This document shows, one piece after another, positions 9,423 through 19,332 of a stretch of 64,000 bases of DNA (position 1 is the first letter of the stretch; the number at the start of each line of letters is the position of its first letter). Location of the stretch: contig WJMA01000003.1 of the NCBI GenBank assembly GCA_014728175.1, positions 66,191-130,190 of the forward strand. Reading direction: 5' to 3'. The position numbers were made by a program, and so were the translations under genes. The notes below the pieces were generated by a model. It was not told the origin of the DNA. It worked only from the letters and a program-made list of their open reading frames with translations, and ran no database searches. The DNA is from Candidatus Fermentibacterota bacterium. Its GTDB lineage: Bacteria; Fermentibacterota; Fermentibacteria; Fermentibacterales; JCC-6.

Positions 9423-9985
9423 AAAACCAGTGCCGCCACCGCTTTCAGCCAGGCCATCTGGCTGTCTTCCTCTCCGGCCAGCGCCGAGCCCAGGGGTGCG
9501 TAGTCGGCGCTGACGGTCAGGTCCACGAAGGTACCCGACGAGACCAGCACCCTGGCACCCAGCTCGATTCCCAGGAGACCGCCCCCGGTAGTGGTTGCCT
9601 CCACGTCGTCCTCGGTGCTCTCCCAGGCCAGCACGCCGCCCCCATGAAGACCCATGAAAGGCTCCAGTCCCCGGGGACCGGCAAACGGCCTATGCAGGGG
9701 AAAGATCCTGTATCCGATGCTGAGGGGTACGGCGTTTATGCCACCGTATCCGGGCCTGTCCGAACCGGCGGTCATGTAGCCGGTGCGGACGTTAATGCAG
9801 TCGCTCTGCCCCATGGGGGTCTCCAGGCCCAGCACTACGCTCGGGCCTACGGACAACTCGGTGTCCTCGGACGCCAACCCCGGCACCCAAATCCCCGCTC
9901 CCGCGGCGAGATCCAGCGCGCTTCTTTCTGAGGCCCCGGCCGTAGACAGGACCACCAGCAGAAGAACTATTCCCGCTCTGTGCAT
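9419..9985 (-). CDS. hypothetical small secreted/outer-membrane beta-barrel-like protein
   Basis: 188 aa, signal peptide, alternating Gly/aromatic beta-strand pattern, C-terminal ...AALVF. Confidence 0.35.
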   Translation of the reverse strand: MHRAGIVLLLVVLSTAGASERSALDLAAGAGIWVPGLASEDTELSVGPSVVLGLETPMGQSDCINVRTGYMTAGSDRPGYGGINAVPLSIGYRIFPLHRPFAGPRGLEPFMGLHGGGVLAWESTEDDVEATTTGGGLLGIELGARVLVSSGTFVDLTVSADYAPLGSALAGEEDSQMAWLKAVAALVF

Positions 9986-9996
9986 CAGAAACCTCC

Positions 9997-10521
9997 TCAG
10001 AACTCGATACCCTTTCTGGCCTGCAGGCCCTCCTCGGTGAAGTAGTGACGGAGCTCCCTCATCTCCGTGATCAGGTCGGCCGCGTCCAGGAGGACGGCCG
10101 GAGCGTACCTTCCGGTAACCACCACCTCAACCCCATTCGACCTTTGCTGCAGAACCTTCATAACCTCGCCCACCGAAAACAGATCCATATGCATGGCAAC
10201 GTTCAGCTCATCGGCTACCACCAGGTCGAAATCGCCCGAGCGCAGGACCTCCGACAGCCTGTCCAGGCCCCCCGCAGCCAACCGTTCGTCCTCTCCGGTG
10301 GGCTGTTTGCCCCTGGTTAATAGCTGCCCCCTTCCGTACGGTTCCATGACTATGCGATCGGGAAAGGCTTCCGTCAGGCAGGATTCGCTGTTGCTCCCGC
10401 CCTTCAGAAACTGTCCCACGTACACGCGCAAACCCGCACAGGCGGCCCTTACCGCCAGGCCGATCGAGGCGGTGGTCTTTCCCTTTCCCTCACCCGTGTA
10501 CACATGGAGCTTGCCCTCCAT
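9997..10521 (-). CDS. cobO: cob(I)yrinic acid a,c-diamide adenosyltransferase (CobA/CobO/BtuR family)
   Basis: HVYTGEGKGKTTASIGLAVRA P-loop region diagnostic of the family. Confidence 0.8.
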   Translation of the reverse strand: MEGKLHVYTGEGKGKTTASIGLAVRAACAGLRVYVGQFLKGGSNSESCLTEAFPDRIVMEPYGRGQLLTRGKQPTGEDERLAAGGLDRLSEVLRSGDFDLVVADELNVAMHMDLFSVGEVMKVLQQRSNGVEVVVTGRYAPAVLLDAADLITEMRELRHYFTEEGLQARKGIEF

Positions 10522-10536
10522 GGCCCCCTTCCTTCC

Positions 10537-11868
10537 TCAGTAGCTCTCGAAGTAGCGCTCCAGCTCCCAATGGTGGATAACCTGTATGTAGCGTTCCCAC
10601 TCCCTCTGCTTGTTCAGGAGGAAGTGCTCGTAGACGTGCTCACCCAGAGCATCGGCCATAACCTTGTCCCTCTTCAGGTATCTCAGGGCCTCCTGCAGAT
10701 TCTCCGGTAGATGCACTATCTTTCTTCTCCTCTTCTCCCTCTGGCTCATCTCGAAGATGTTCTTGTTTACCGGCGCCCGACAGTCCAGGCCCTTTTCGAT
10801 ACCGTCCAGCCCCGAGGCCAGAAGAACCGACAGGGCGAGGTAAGGGTTGCAGGAGGGGTCGGGCACCCGGACCTCACAGCGGCGCCCATCGCCACCGGAG
10901 GCCGGCACCCTGACCAGCGGTGACCGGTTCTTCTCCGACCATGCTACGTTTACCGGCGCCTCGTAACCCGGAACCAGCCGCTTGTACGAATTGACCAGGG
11001 GATTGGTCACTGCCACGAAGGCCCTGGCATGCTCCAGCAGGCCGGCTATGAACGAGCGGGCGGCGTCGGAAAGACCGTATTCACCGGAAGGATCGTCGAA
11101 GGCGTTCCTGCCGTCCAGGGTGTACAGCGACAGATGGGTATGCATGCCCGACCCCGGCAGTCCGGAGAGCGGCTTGGGCATGAAGGTGGCGTGAAGGCCG
11201 TGACCAAGGGCTATCTTCTTCACCACGAACCTGAAGGTCACGATGTTGTCCGCTGTGGTCACCGCGTCCTCGTACCGGAAGTCGATCTCGTGCTGGCCCG
11301 GGGCCACCTCGTGGTGGGCGGCCTCCACCTCGTATCCCATGGCCTCCAGAGCCAGAACTATATCCCTACGGGCCTCTTCTCCCATGTCTACCGGAGTAAG
11401 GTCGAAGTAACCTCCGGTGTCGTGCGTCTCCGGGCAGGTCTCACCCAGGCTGCTGCGGTGGAAGAGGAAGAACTCCGCCTCCGGTCCGGCCATCAACTTG
11501 AAGCCCATCTCCTCGGCCCTTGCAGTTATCCCCTTGAGAACGGTTCTCGGGCATCCCGGGAATGGGGAACCGTCGGGTCTTGTCACGTCGCAAATGAGTC
11601 TCCCGGCCTTTCCCCTGCCGGTATCCCAGGGAAAAACGGAGAACGTTCCCAGATCGGGCATCAGCAACATGTCGCTCTCCTCGATACGGGTGAAACCCTC
11701 TATGGAGGAGCCGTCGAACATCACTTTTCCCTGCAGGGCCTTCTCGAACTGGCTCTCCGGCACCTCGACGTTCTTTATGATGCCGTCGACGTCGGTGAAC
11801 TGCAGTCTCATGAAATGAACGTTCTCCCTGGAGCACCTTTCGAGGATCTCTTCGGCCATACCCTTCAT
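10537..11868 (-). CDS. glnA: glutamine synthetase type I
   Basis: 443 aa with GS beta-grasp and catalytic domain signatures (FDGSSI, ATFMPKP, NAFDDPSGEYGL). Confidence 0.9.
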   Translation of the reverse strand: MKGMAEEILERCSRENVHFMRLQFTDVDGIIKNVEVPESQFEKALQGKVMFDGSSIEGFTRIEESDMLLMPDLGTFSVFPWDTGRGKAGRLICDVTRPDGSPFPGCPRTVLKGITARAEEMGFKLMAGPEAEFFLFHRSSLGETCPETHDTGGYFDLTPVDMGEEARRDIVLALEAMGYEVEAAHHEVAPGQHEIDFRYEDAVTTADNIVTFRFVVKKIALGHGLHATFMPKPLSGLPGSGMHTHLSLYTLDGRNAFDDPSGEYGLSDAARSFIAGLLEHARAFVAVTNPLVNSYKRLVPGYEAPVNVAWSEKNRSPLVRVPASGGDGRRCEVRVPDPSCNPYLALSVLLASGLDGIEKGLDCRAPVNKNIFEMSQREKRRRKIVHLPENLQEALRYLKRDKVMADALGEHVYEHFLLNKQREWERYIQVIHHWELERYFESY

Positions 11869-12129
11869 TTTGCACCTCCCGTGTTTTCATTTCGCGTATT
11901 CTATGCCGTTATTGTGCATAATGCAAGTCTATTTTGTTGCATTTGCCACTTTTTGGTTGTCATTCCGCAACAAATCGATGAGCCATGCTTTCTCCCTTGC
12001 TGTACCCGAACCTCGTCTTTGGCTAGCTTCGGGCTGCACAGAATCTCCGACCGGACCCTTTGGAACCTGTCTTTGTTCGATTAGGGGGAGGAAAGCCGTT
12101 AAAAGGTTAAAAAGTTTAGGAACGTCCCC
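11869..12129. promoter_or_regulatory. unusually AT-rich intergenic island between glnA (minus) and the MFS transporter (plus) with short palindromes (TGCATaATGCA)
   Basis: local GC drop well below genome level; inverted repeat read from sequence; function inferred. Confidence 0.3.
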
Positions 12130-13393
12130 GGAGGTGGCGTGGTGCCTTTACGACTGGGCCAACTCCTCGTTCGTCACCACGATCACCGCGGCCGTGCTTC
12201 CGGTGTACTTCGCCCGGGTGGTATGCGGGGAGGCCGACGTTCATTGGTCGCTTCTGGGACGCCAGCTTACCAGCGGGGCCACCTCCCTGTGGGGATACGC
12301 CATGGCTCTGGCCGCCCTTCTGGTGGCGGTGCTCTCGCCCCTTTTCGGGGCCGCGGCCGACGCCGGCGGCAGAAGGAAGCTGCTCACCGGCTTACTGACC
12401 GGGTTGGGGGTGGCCTCCGCCGCGCTGCTCGCGTTTTTCGGGTCCGGTGACGTATGGCCGGTGCTTCTGCTTCTGGTAACCGGCCAGATAGGCTTCGCCG
12501 GGTCCAACGTCTTCTATAACTCTTTGCTCCTCAGCGCAGCCTCGCCCGAAAGGCGGGACGTGGTCTCCGCCAAAGGCTTCGCCTTCGGCTACCTGGGGGG
12601 CGGCATCCTGCTGGCCCTAAACCTGCTTCTGATAGCCAACCCCGGGATCCTGGGCCTGCAGACCGCCGATCAGGCCACCAGGGTGGCCTTCGCGTCGGTC
12701 GCCGTCTGGTGGGCGCTGTTCTCCATACCCCTGTTCCTCTTCGTTCCCGAAGGGCCCTCAGGGTCGGCCAGAAGCATCGGCCAGGCTCTCCGCGAGGGCC
12801 TGTCCACCCTGGCGGCCACTCTGCGGAACCTCTCCGGCCATGACAACGCCTTTCGGTTCCTTCTCTCCTACCTTCTATACAACGACGGCATCCAGACGGT
12901 GATCATCATGGCAACCATCTTCGGAAAGTCCGAGCTCGGTCTCGACGACGGGGATCTGATAGGCGCCCTTCTTCTTACTCAGGGGATAGGGGTTCCCGCC
13001 AGCGTGGCCTACGGAAGGCTGGCGCAGCGATTCGGGGCCCGGAGAATGCTGTTCGCGGGAATAACGGGCTACCTGGCCATAGTTCTGTACGCCTACCGGA
13101 TGCAAACGGCGACGGAGTTCTGGGTGCTGGCGGGGGCGGTGGGCCTTCTGCAGGGAGGAGTCCAGGCGGTAAGCAGGAGCTACTTCGCCGGAATGATCCC
13201 CAGAAGGCTCTCCGCGGAGTACTTCGGCTTCTTCTCCATCTCCACCAGGTTTGCCAGCATCTTCGGTCCCCTTATCTTCGCCTTGATCGCGGATATTACC
13301 GACAGCGCAAGGGGGTCCATCCTGGCGCTGGCCGTCTTCTTCCTCGCAGGAGGCGCGCTTCTCTCGACGGTAAGGGAGGAAAGGAAACGATGA
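12130..13393 (+). CDS. MFS transporter, UMF1/Atg22-like family (start codon uncertain; ORF opens at 11870)
   Basis: AWCLYDWANSSF N-terminal motif typical of UMF1 family; 12 TM helices. Confidence 0.6.
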
Positions 13394-14223
13394 TACCTCT
13401 AGCCGCGGCAGCTCTGGTGTCGCTCCTGCTGGAGGAGCTGCTGCAAAGGCATTACCACATCCGGCCCGAAGGCATCACCTGGAGATTCGATCCGGAGGCT
13501 CCCGAAGCGGTCAAACACAAGTATCGCTCCAGCGTCCACAAGGCCGGCCTGCTGAGGGTCCTCCAGCTGCTGTTCGTGGGGTCCATGTTCTCGGTATCGG
13601 CCCAGAAGCTCGGCCAGACCTTCTTCAGCAGCGGGCTGGGACAGCTGGTCGGCCTTCTGCTTCTGCTTCAGGTGGTCAGGATGATGGGCAACCGTCTCCT
13701 GGGACACTGGTTCGTCACCGCGACCCTCATGTGGCTACAGGTAGTGCTGATTCCGGTGACCATCCTGTTGTACGCCTCCACCCCGGATCTGGTGGCGACC
13801 GCCGAGACCGAGCTCCTGCTCTGGGCAGCAGGCATTACCGTCCTGCTGGGGAACCTCGCCCTCTCCGTGAGCTTCTCCTTCGCGGTGGCTTTCGTGCTGC
13901 GTCTCAGGCTCAACCGGAGGCACGACCTCTTCGGCCGGCTTCCTCCGCTGGCGGGCTCGGAGTCCTGGGTAAGGCGTACAGGTTTCGTGGCACTGATTCT
14001 CTTCGGGGTCTCCGCCGCCTGCATGATCGTACCCGCAGTGGGATCGGGCACCGGTGCGCTTACCCTGCTGCTGGAGGGCTCTCTTCTGGTCCTTCTGGGA
14101 ACGGCGCAGTACATCTTCCGCTTAGTACCGAAGAGCTACCATACCCCGGCCAACGTGCTCACCGGTCTGGCCTTCGTCGCGGTGATTCTCCTCACTGCTC
14201 TGGAGGGCGCTTTCTTCGGCTGA
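13390..14223 (+). CDS. hypothetical polytopic membrane protein, ATGA-coupled to the MFS gene
   Basis: 277 aa, 6-7 TM segments; no recognisable family. Confidence 0.35.
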   Translation: MIPLAAAALVSLLLEELLQRHYHIRPEGITWRFDPEAPEAVKHKYRSSVHKAGLLRVLQLLFVGSMFSVSAQKLGQTFFSSGLGQLVGLLLLLQVVRMMGNRLLGHWFVTATLMWLQVVLIPVTILLYASTPDLVATAETELLLWAAGITVLLGNLALSVSFSFAVAFVLRLRLNRRHDLFGRLPPLAGSESWVRRTGFVALILFGVSAACMIVPAVGSGTGALTLLLEGSLLVLLGTAQYIFRLVPKSYHTPANVLTGLAFVAVILLTALEGAFFG

Positions 14224-14309
14224 CCCGGCTTCCTTCATACCAGGTGAACATTGTTTTATCAGCGTAAATCTCCCTGTGAAAGGTTGGCCGCATCCGCGGC
14301 CCTTCTCCG

Positions 14310-15422
14310 GTGGGAACTGCCATGCTTGAGTCGATCGAGATCTTCTCCAGGCTGCATGCGAAGGCCCGGGAAGACCCCCTTCCATTGGACGACAGCTCGC
14401 GGTTGGTTTTCCTCAGCGACTGCCACCGGGGCAACGGCGGCTGGGGGGACGACTTCGCCCACAATCGCCTGATCTACCTGCACGCTCTGGAATGGTACAG
14501 GCGCAACGGGTACACCCTGGTCGAGGTCGGGGATGGCGAGGAGCTCTGGGAGAACACCTCGTTCGCCGCCATACATTGGGCCTACAGTGAGATATACGTG
14601 CGGCTCGGATACCTCCACTCCGAGGGCAGGTTCGTCCTGATCTGGGGCAACCACAACAACCGGTGGCGTGATCCGGAGAAGTTGCGCAGGGAGCTGATGC
14701 CGGCGATGTGGATGTACTTCGACGGTCGTCCCAGTCCGCTTCTGGAGCACATCGAGGCTGCTGAGCTCCACAGGATCGCCAAGGGTACCGCCGAGCCGCC
14801 CGACCTGCCCGTCTTCCGCCCGCTGGCGACCAGGGAGGCGGTGGTTCTAAGGCACGCCTCGTCCGGGGGCGAGATACTGGTGACCCACGGGCACCAGGGC
14901 GAGCTCTGGAGCCACCGGATGTGGCCCATGAGCAGGTTCCTGGTCAGGCGGGTCTGGCGCATGCTCCAGAACGCAGGTCTCCGGCCCAGGATCACACCCG
15001 CGGGCAACTACGCTTTGATGAAAAGGGTGGAAAGCCGGCTCAACCTTTGGTGCAGGCTGACCGGAATTCCCCTGATAGCGGGGCATACCCACCAATCGGA
15101 GTTCCCGGCCCCCGACGCCACCCCCTACTTCAACTGCGGTAGCTGTGTCCACCCCAGATGCATAACCGCCATAGAGATAAGCGAGGGAAAGATCACCCTG
15201 GTCAAATGGCACGTCTCAACTCCGGTGGCCGAGGGTAAGGCGGTCGGGGCCAGCCTGGAGATGATGCGCAACGTCCTACAGGGACCGGTCGAGCTCTCCC
15301 TGTACCTGGGCAGGCGGCCGGATGGGGGCCGAAAGCGCAGAAAGCTGAGAAAGATAGAAGCGCCGGTCATGGGGCAGAGGGTCAGCGCCGCGGACAGAGA
15401 GGTCTCTCTAGTCGAGAAGTAG
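14310..15422 (+). CDS. metallophosphoesterase (calcineurin-like) family protein
   Basis: motifs LSDCHRGNG, GDGEE, GNHNN, THGH, GHTH in canonical order. Confidence 0.65.
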   Translation: MGTAMLESIEIFSRLHAKAREDPLPLDDSSRLVFLSDCHRGNGGWGDDFAHNRLIYLHALEWYRRNGYTLVEVGDGEELWENTSFAAIHWAYSEIYVRLGYLHSEGRFVLIWGNHNNRWRDPEKLRRELMPAMWMYFDGRPSPLLEHIEAAELHRIAKGTAEPPDLPVFRPLATREAVVLRHASSGGEILVTHGHQGELWSHRMWPMSRFLVRRVWRMLQNAGLRPRITPAGNYALMKRVESRLNLWCRLTGIPLIAGHTHQSEFPAPDATPYFNCGSCVHPRCITAIEISEGKITLVKWHVSTPVAEGKAVGASLEMMRNVLQGPVELSLYLGRRPDGGRKRRKLRKIEAPVMGQRVSAADREVSLVEK

Positions 15423-16130
15423 CTTGGATAGCTCCTCTACGCTGTCTACGGTATAGGTGGGGTCGGCGTTTCTCAGCTCCTCCTGCGAGCCGTAGCCGTA
15501 GCTGACCGCTATGGAGTCTATCGAATGATCATGGGCCGCCGAAACGTCCTGCTCCCGGTCTCCCACGATGACCAGGCTCTTCTGTTTCAGCACCGGGAGC
15601 TCGTCCAGCACGGCTCCCACCAGCTCGGACTTCCTGGCCAGAGTTCTTCCCAGGCTGCTTCCGCGGGTCACCGCGAAGAACCTGAATATCCCGAACTGGC
15701 GAAGAACCTGGTTCAGGTAGGTTGTATGCCTGGAGCTGAGCGCCACCAAGCCGACTCTGTTTCCCTGCAGATTCCCCAGCAACTCCTCGATGCCGTCGTA
15801 CAAATGGTTCTCCAGGATTCCGTACTCCAGGTAGTGCTGGCGGTAGCGCTCCTCGGCCTTGAGCGCCTCCAGCTCGTCGAGGTTGTAATACAACCTGAAG
15901 GCGTCCTGCAGCGGCGGACCTATGAGCCTTCTCAACCTGTACGGACTCTCTTCGTTAACGCCCACCTGGGCCAGGGCGTGCTGCACGGCCTGCACGGCCC
16001 CGGGCCCGGGGTCCACCAGCGTTCCCTCCAAGTCCAGGAAGACGATCTCGTACTTAGGCAACGGCCGAACCGCCCCTCCGATATCGGGGATCTGCCCCTC
16101 ACTGGCAGCGAATAACCACCGGAACCCCAT
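15408..16130 (-). CDS. HAD-superfamily hydrolase (phosphoglycolate phosphatase-like)
   Basis: FLDLEGTLVD motif I, later SS/T motif II and VGDREQD motif IV; start ambiguous (16130 or 16178). Confidence 0.65.
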   Translation of the reverse strand: MGFRWLFAASEGQIPDIGGAVRPLPKYEIVFLDLEGTLVDPGPGAVQAVQHALAQVGVNEESPYRLRRLIGPPLQDAFRLYYNLDELEALKAEERYRQHYLEYGILENHLYDGIEELLGNLQGNRVGLVALSSRHTTYLNQVLRQFGIFRFFAVTRGSSLGRTLARKSELVGAVLDELPVLKQKSLVIVGDREQDVSAAHDHSIDSIAVSYGYGSQEELRNADPTYTVDSVEELSKLLLD

Positions 16131-16213
16131 TTTACGCAAGGCAGAGGCTTTCATCAAGGGCGGAAATCCCCACATCATCGCCCCCGGCCCACCCCCGAGG
16201 GCCGCGGGAACCG

Positions 16214-16258
16214 TTGACAGCGTGGAAAAACGTTATTAGTTAAGCCTAATTGGGGGTG
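16214..16258 (+). promoter_or_regulatory. candidate promoter (TTGACA-N17-TAGTTA) overlapping a partial DtxR/IdeR-like iron-box (TTAGTTAAGCCTAATTG) upstream of the dtxR-feoA/feoB operon
   Basis: read from sequence; about 12/19 match to TTAGGTTAGCCTAACCTAA by eye. Confidence 0.3.
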
Positions 16259-16262
16259 CTCG

Positions 16263-16994
16263 ATGAGACAGGTCGGTGCGCTATCCGAGAGCCTGGAAGA
16301 CTACCTGGAAACCATATACAACCTCCAGGTGGAGAACGGAGCCGCGAAGGTAAGCGACATCGCGGATGCGCGTGGGGTCAGCATGGCCAGCGTCTGCCAA
16401 GCGCTCAAGCGTTTGGACCGGGAGGGCCTGGTCGACTACTCGGCCCGGGAGTCGCTGGAGCTCACTCCCGAGGGCCGCCGCCTGGCCCAGAAGATATCAT
16501 CCAGACACAGGTTCGTTTTCCGCTTCCTCTCCCACATCCTGGGAGTGGACAAAGATGTGGCGGAGAAAGACGCCTGCTCCCTGGAGCACCACCTTAGCAA
16601 GGAGACCCTCTCCCATCTGGTCGCCTTCACCCAGTTCGCCGAGAGCGGGTTCTGCGGCGAGGAGAAGATCATGGACTCCTACCGCCGTTCCGAGAGAACC
16701 GGCCAGGTCCGGGGCCCCCGTAGGCGTCCCCGCCGGAGACAAGGCAGACCCCGACACCGGGAGGGTCCCTTCCTGTCGGAGCTGAAACCGGGCAGGAGGG
16801 CCAGGATAATGCACCTCCACGCCTCCTGTGCCATTCGCCAGAGGCTGGTGGACATGGGTCTTCTGCCGGGGGTCGAGGTGGAGATGATCAGGGTGGCTCC
16901 CCTGGGTGATCCCGTGGAGGTGAAGATCAGGGACCTGTCGCTGTCTCTTCGTAAGAGCGAGGCGGCGGCGATCGAGGTGGAACCTCTGCCTTGA
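16263..16994 (+). CDS. DtxR/MntR-family metal-dependent transcriptional regulator fused to a C-terminal FeoA (SH3-like) domain via an Arg-rich linker
   Basis: N-terminal LEDYLETIY...VSDIA HTH + dimerisation region of DtxR family; linker GPRRRPRRRQGRPRHR; C-terminal FeoA-like segment (LSELKPGRRARIMHLH...GDPVEVKIRD). Confidence 0.7.
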   Translation: MRQVGALSESLEDYLETIYNLQVENGAAKVSDIADARGVSMASVCQALKRLDREGLVDYSARESLELTPEGRRLAQKISSRHRFVFRFLSHILGVDKDVAEKDACSLEHHLSKETLSHLVAFTQFAESGFCGEEKIMDSYRRSERTGQVRGPRRRPRRRQGRPRHREGPFLSELKPGRRARIMHLHASCAIRQRLVDMGLLPGVEVEMIRVAPLGDPVEVKIRDLSLSLRKSEAAAIEVEPLP

Positions 16995-19159
16995 AGCGCA
17001 TCAGAGTCGCCCTTGCCGGCAATCCCAACGTAGGCAAGACCTCGGTATTCAACCAGCTTACCAGATCAAGCCAACACGTCGGCAACTATCCCGGCGTCAC
17101 CGTGGAGACCATTTCCGGCAGTTGCAGGTACGGCGACTACGAGCTGGACTTCGTCGACCTTCCCGGCACCTACAGCCTCACCGCTCACTCCGAGGACGAG
17201 ATGGAGGCTCGGAGGATACTTCTGTACAACCCTCCCGACGTGGTCGTTCACGTGGTCGACGCAACCGGTCTGGCCAGGAATCTCTACCTTACGGTCCAGC
17301 TTATGGAGCTCCGCATGGGCCTGGTGGTGGCTCTGAACATGAGCGACGAGGCCGAGGAAAAGGGTACGATGCCCGACATCGACCTCCTCTCGGAAGTGAT
17401 GGGGGTGGACATCGTCCCCACTATCGGTCACCGGGGAACCGGCATAGACGAGCTTAAAAGCTCCATAGTGAGTTGCTACGAGTCCGGGGACAGCCCCAGG
17501 AGGATAAGCTACGGAAGAGACATAGACCGCTCCATCGCTCCCATATCCAGCATCCTGGCCGAGGCCGGAGATCTGTTCTTCCCGCCCAGATACGCCGCCG
17601 CGAAGCTCCTGGAGAACGACGAAGAGGTGAGGTCCACCCTGGAGGAGGAGCTGCCCCGGAACGTCTTCGCGGAGGTCAGTCGGATGGCCGACGGGGAGAG
17701 GGAGAGGCTGGAGGACCTCTTCGGTGACGATCTCGCGGTGGTCATGGCCGAGCAGCGGCACGGGATAGCTTCCGGGGCCGCCGAGGAGGCCACCATGGAC
17801 TCCAGGGCCAGATCCACCGGAGCGGATCTCACCCGGGAGATAGACAACGTCCTGCTGAGTAGAGTACTGGGGCTGCCCATATTCGGCCTGGCCATATACC
17901 TGACCTTCTGGCTCACGTTCACCGTCGGCGCTCCCTTCTCCTCGCTTCTGGAGTACCTCTTCGGCCAACTGGGAGGTCTGGTGGAGTCCCTGATAGCCCC
18001 GGGCTTGCTCAGATCGCTGCTGGTAGACGGAGTGATCGCCGGGGTGGGGGGGGTGCTGGTCTTCGTGCCCAACATCGCGCTTCTGTTCCTGGTAATATCC
18101 GTCATGGAGGATACCGGCTACATGGCCCGGGCCGCCTTCCTTATGGACCGGTTCATGCACAGGATAGGGCTGCACGGGCAGAGCTTCATCCCCATGCTGA
18201 TAGGCTTCGGTTGCACCGTCCCGGCCATCATGGCCACCAGGGTGCTCAACGACCGAAGGGACCGTCTGGTAACCATGATGGTTCTGCCCCTCATGTCCTG
18301 CAGCGCCAGGCTTCCGATCTATCTGCTGGTAGCGGGCGCCTTCTTCCCCGACCACAGAGCGCTCTCCCTGTTGATCATATATCTGGTGGGCATCCTTTTG
18401 GCGGTGGGCCTGGCCAAGCTGATGAGGGTATCCGTAATGAAGGGCGAGAACTCCCCCTTCGTCATGGAGCTTCCCCCGTATCGGATACCCACCTTCAGGG
18501 GCCTCTTCAGCCACGTATGGTTACGGGTAAGGCACTACCTGAGAAAGGCGGGAACGGTCATCCTGGCCTTCTCGGTGCTCCTCTGGCTGGCCAGCTCCTT
18601 CCCGGTGCCCGACAGCTACGCCGTGGACGAGATGCTCCGGTCCGGCCGTCTGGCCCCCGCCCGGCCCGGAGAGGCGGGAACCGTGGAGGCCCTGGATCTG
18701 GAGCGGTCGACGGAGGTCAGTGGGACCATATCCAGCCCCGAGATAACAGCGGCCAGGAAGGCCCAGGGGATAGAGACATCCCTGGCCGGCAGGACGGGAC
18801 ACCTGATAGAGCCTCTGCTTAAGCCCGCGGGCCTGGACTGGAGGATAGGAACCGCTCTGATAGGCGCCCTGGGCGCAAAGGAGCTATTCGTATCCCAGCT
18901 GAGCATACTCTACTCCATGGGAGGGTCCGAGCGGGGAACCGAGAGCCTGAGGGAGGTCATGCGAAGGCGCTACTCACCCTACACCGGGATATCGATAGCC
19001 TTCTTCATCCTCATCATGGCCCCCTGCATAGCCACCCTGGCGGTGGTGCGCAAGGAGACCGGCAGCTGGGCGTGGGCGCTGGGTCAGTTCGTCGGCCTCA
19101 CTCTGTTGGCCTACCTCGTATCCCTGGCCTTCTACCAGATATCCAGGCTTTTCGCATGA
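16991..19159 (+). CDS. feoB: ferrous iron transporter B
   Basis: 722 aa; N-terminal G-domain (GNPNVGKTS, DLPG), two gate-motif membrane halves. Confidence 0.9.
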   Translation: MKRIRVALAGNPNVGKTSVFNQLTRSSQHVGNYPGVTVETISGSCRYGDYELDFVDLPGTYSLTAHSEDEMEARRILLYNPPDVVVHVVDATGLARNLYLTVQLMELRMGLVVALNMSDEAEEKGTMPDIDLLSEVMGVDIVPTIGHRGTGIDELKSSIVSCYESGDSPRRISYGRDIDRSIAPISSILAEAGDLFFPPRYAAAKLLENDEEVRSTLEEELPRNVFAEVSRMADGERERLEDLFGDDLAVVMAEQRHGIASGAAEEATMDSRARSTGADLTREIDNVLLSRVLGLPIFGLAIYLTFWLTFTVGAPFSSLLEYLFGQLGGLVESLIAPGLLRSLLVDGVIAGVGGVLVFVPNIALLFLVISVMEDTGYMARAAFLMDRFMHRIGLHGQSFIPMLIGFGCTVPAIMATRVLNDRRDRLVTMMVLPLMSCSARLPIYLLVAGAFFPDHRALSLLIIYLVGILLAVGLAKLMRVSVMKGENSPFVMELPPYRIPTFRGLFSHVWLRVRHYLRKAGTVILAFSVLLWLASSFPVPDSYAVDEMLRSGRLAPARPGEAGTVEALDLERSTEVSGTISSPEITAARKAQGIETSLAGRTGHLIEPLLKPAGLDWRIGTALIGALGAKELFVSQLSILYSMGGSERGTESLREVMRRRYSPYTGISIAFFILIMAPCIATLAVVRKETGSWAWALGQFVGLTLLAYLVSLAFYQISRLFA

Positions 19160-19326
19160 GCTGGCAACTGGTAGCGGTGCTGGCAGTCGCGGCCGCCGCC
19201 GCCCTGTACGCTGCGATCTACGTGGCCAGGGCCGTAAGGAAGGGCTCCATGTGCGAGCACTGCCCGTTCGCCGGAAGATGCCCCCGGGCAATGGAGCCCG
19301 ACCGCGAAGACCGGGAGGAGGACTAA
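19156..19326 (+). CDS. FeoB-associated Cys-rich small membrane protein
   Basis: 56 aa from ATG 19156 overlapping feoB stop; single TM helix followed by CEHCPFAGRC motif and acidic tail. Confidence 0.55.
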   Translation: MSWQLVAVLAVAAAAALYAAIYVARAVRKGSMCEHCPFAGRCPRAMEPDREDREED

Positions 19327-19332
19327 AGAGGG

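Noticed and set aside
17066-18514. 482-aa minus-strand ORF
   Set aside because: Antisense to feoB. Gly/His/Gln-rich shadow ORF.
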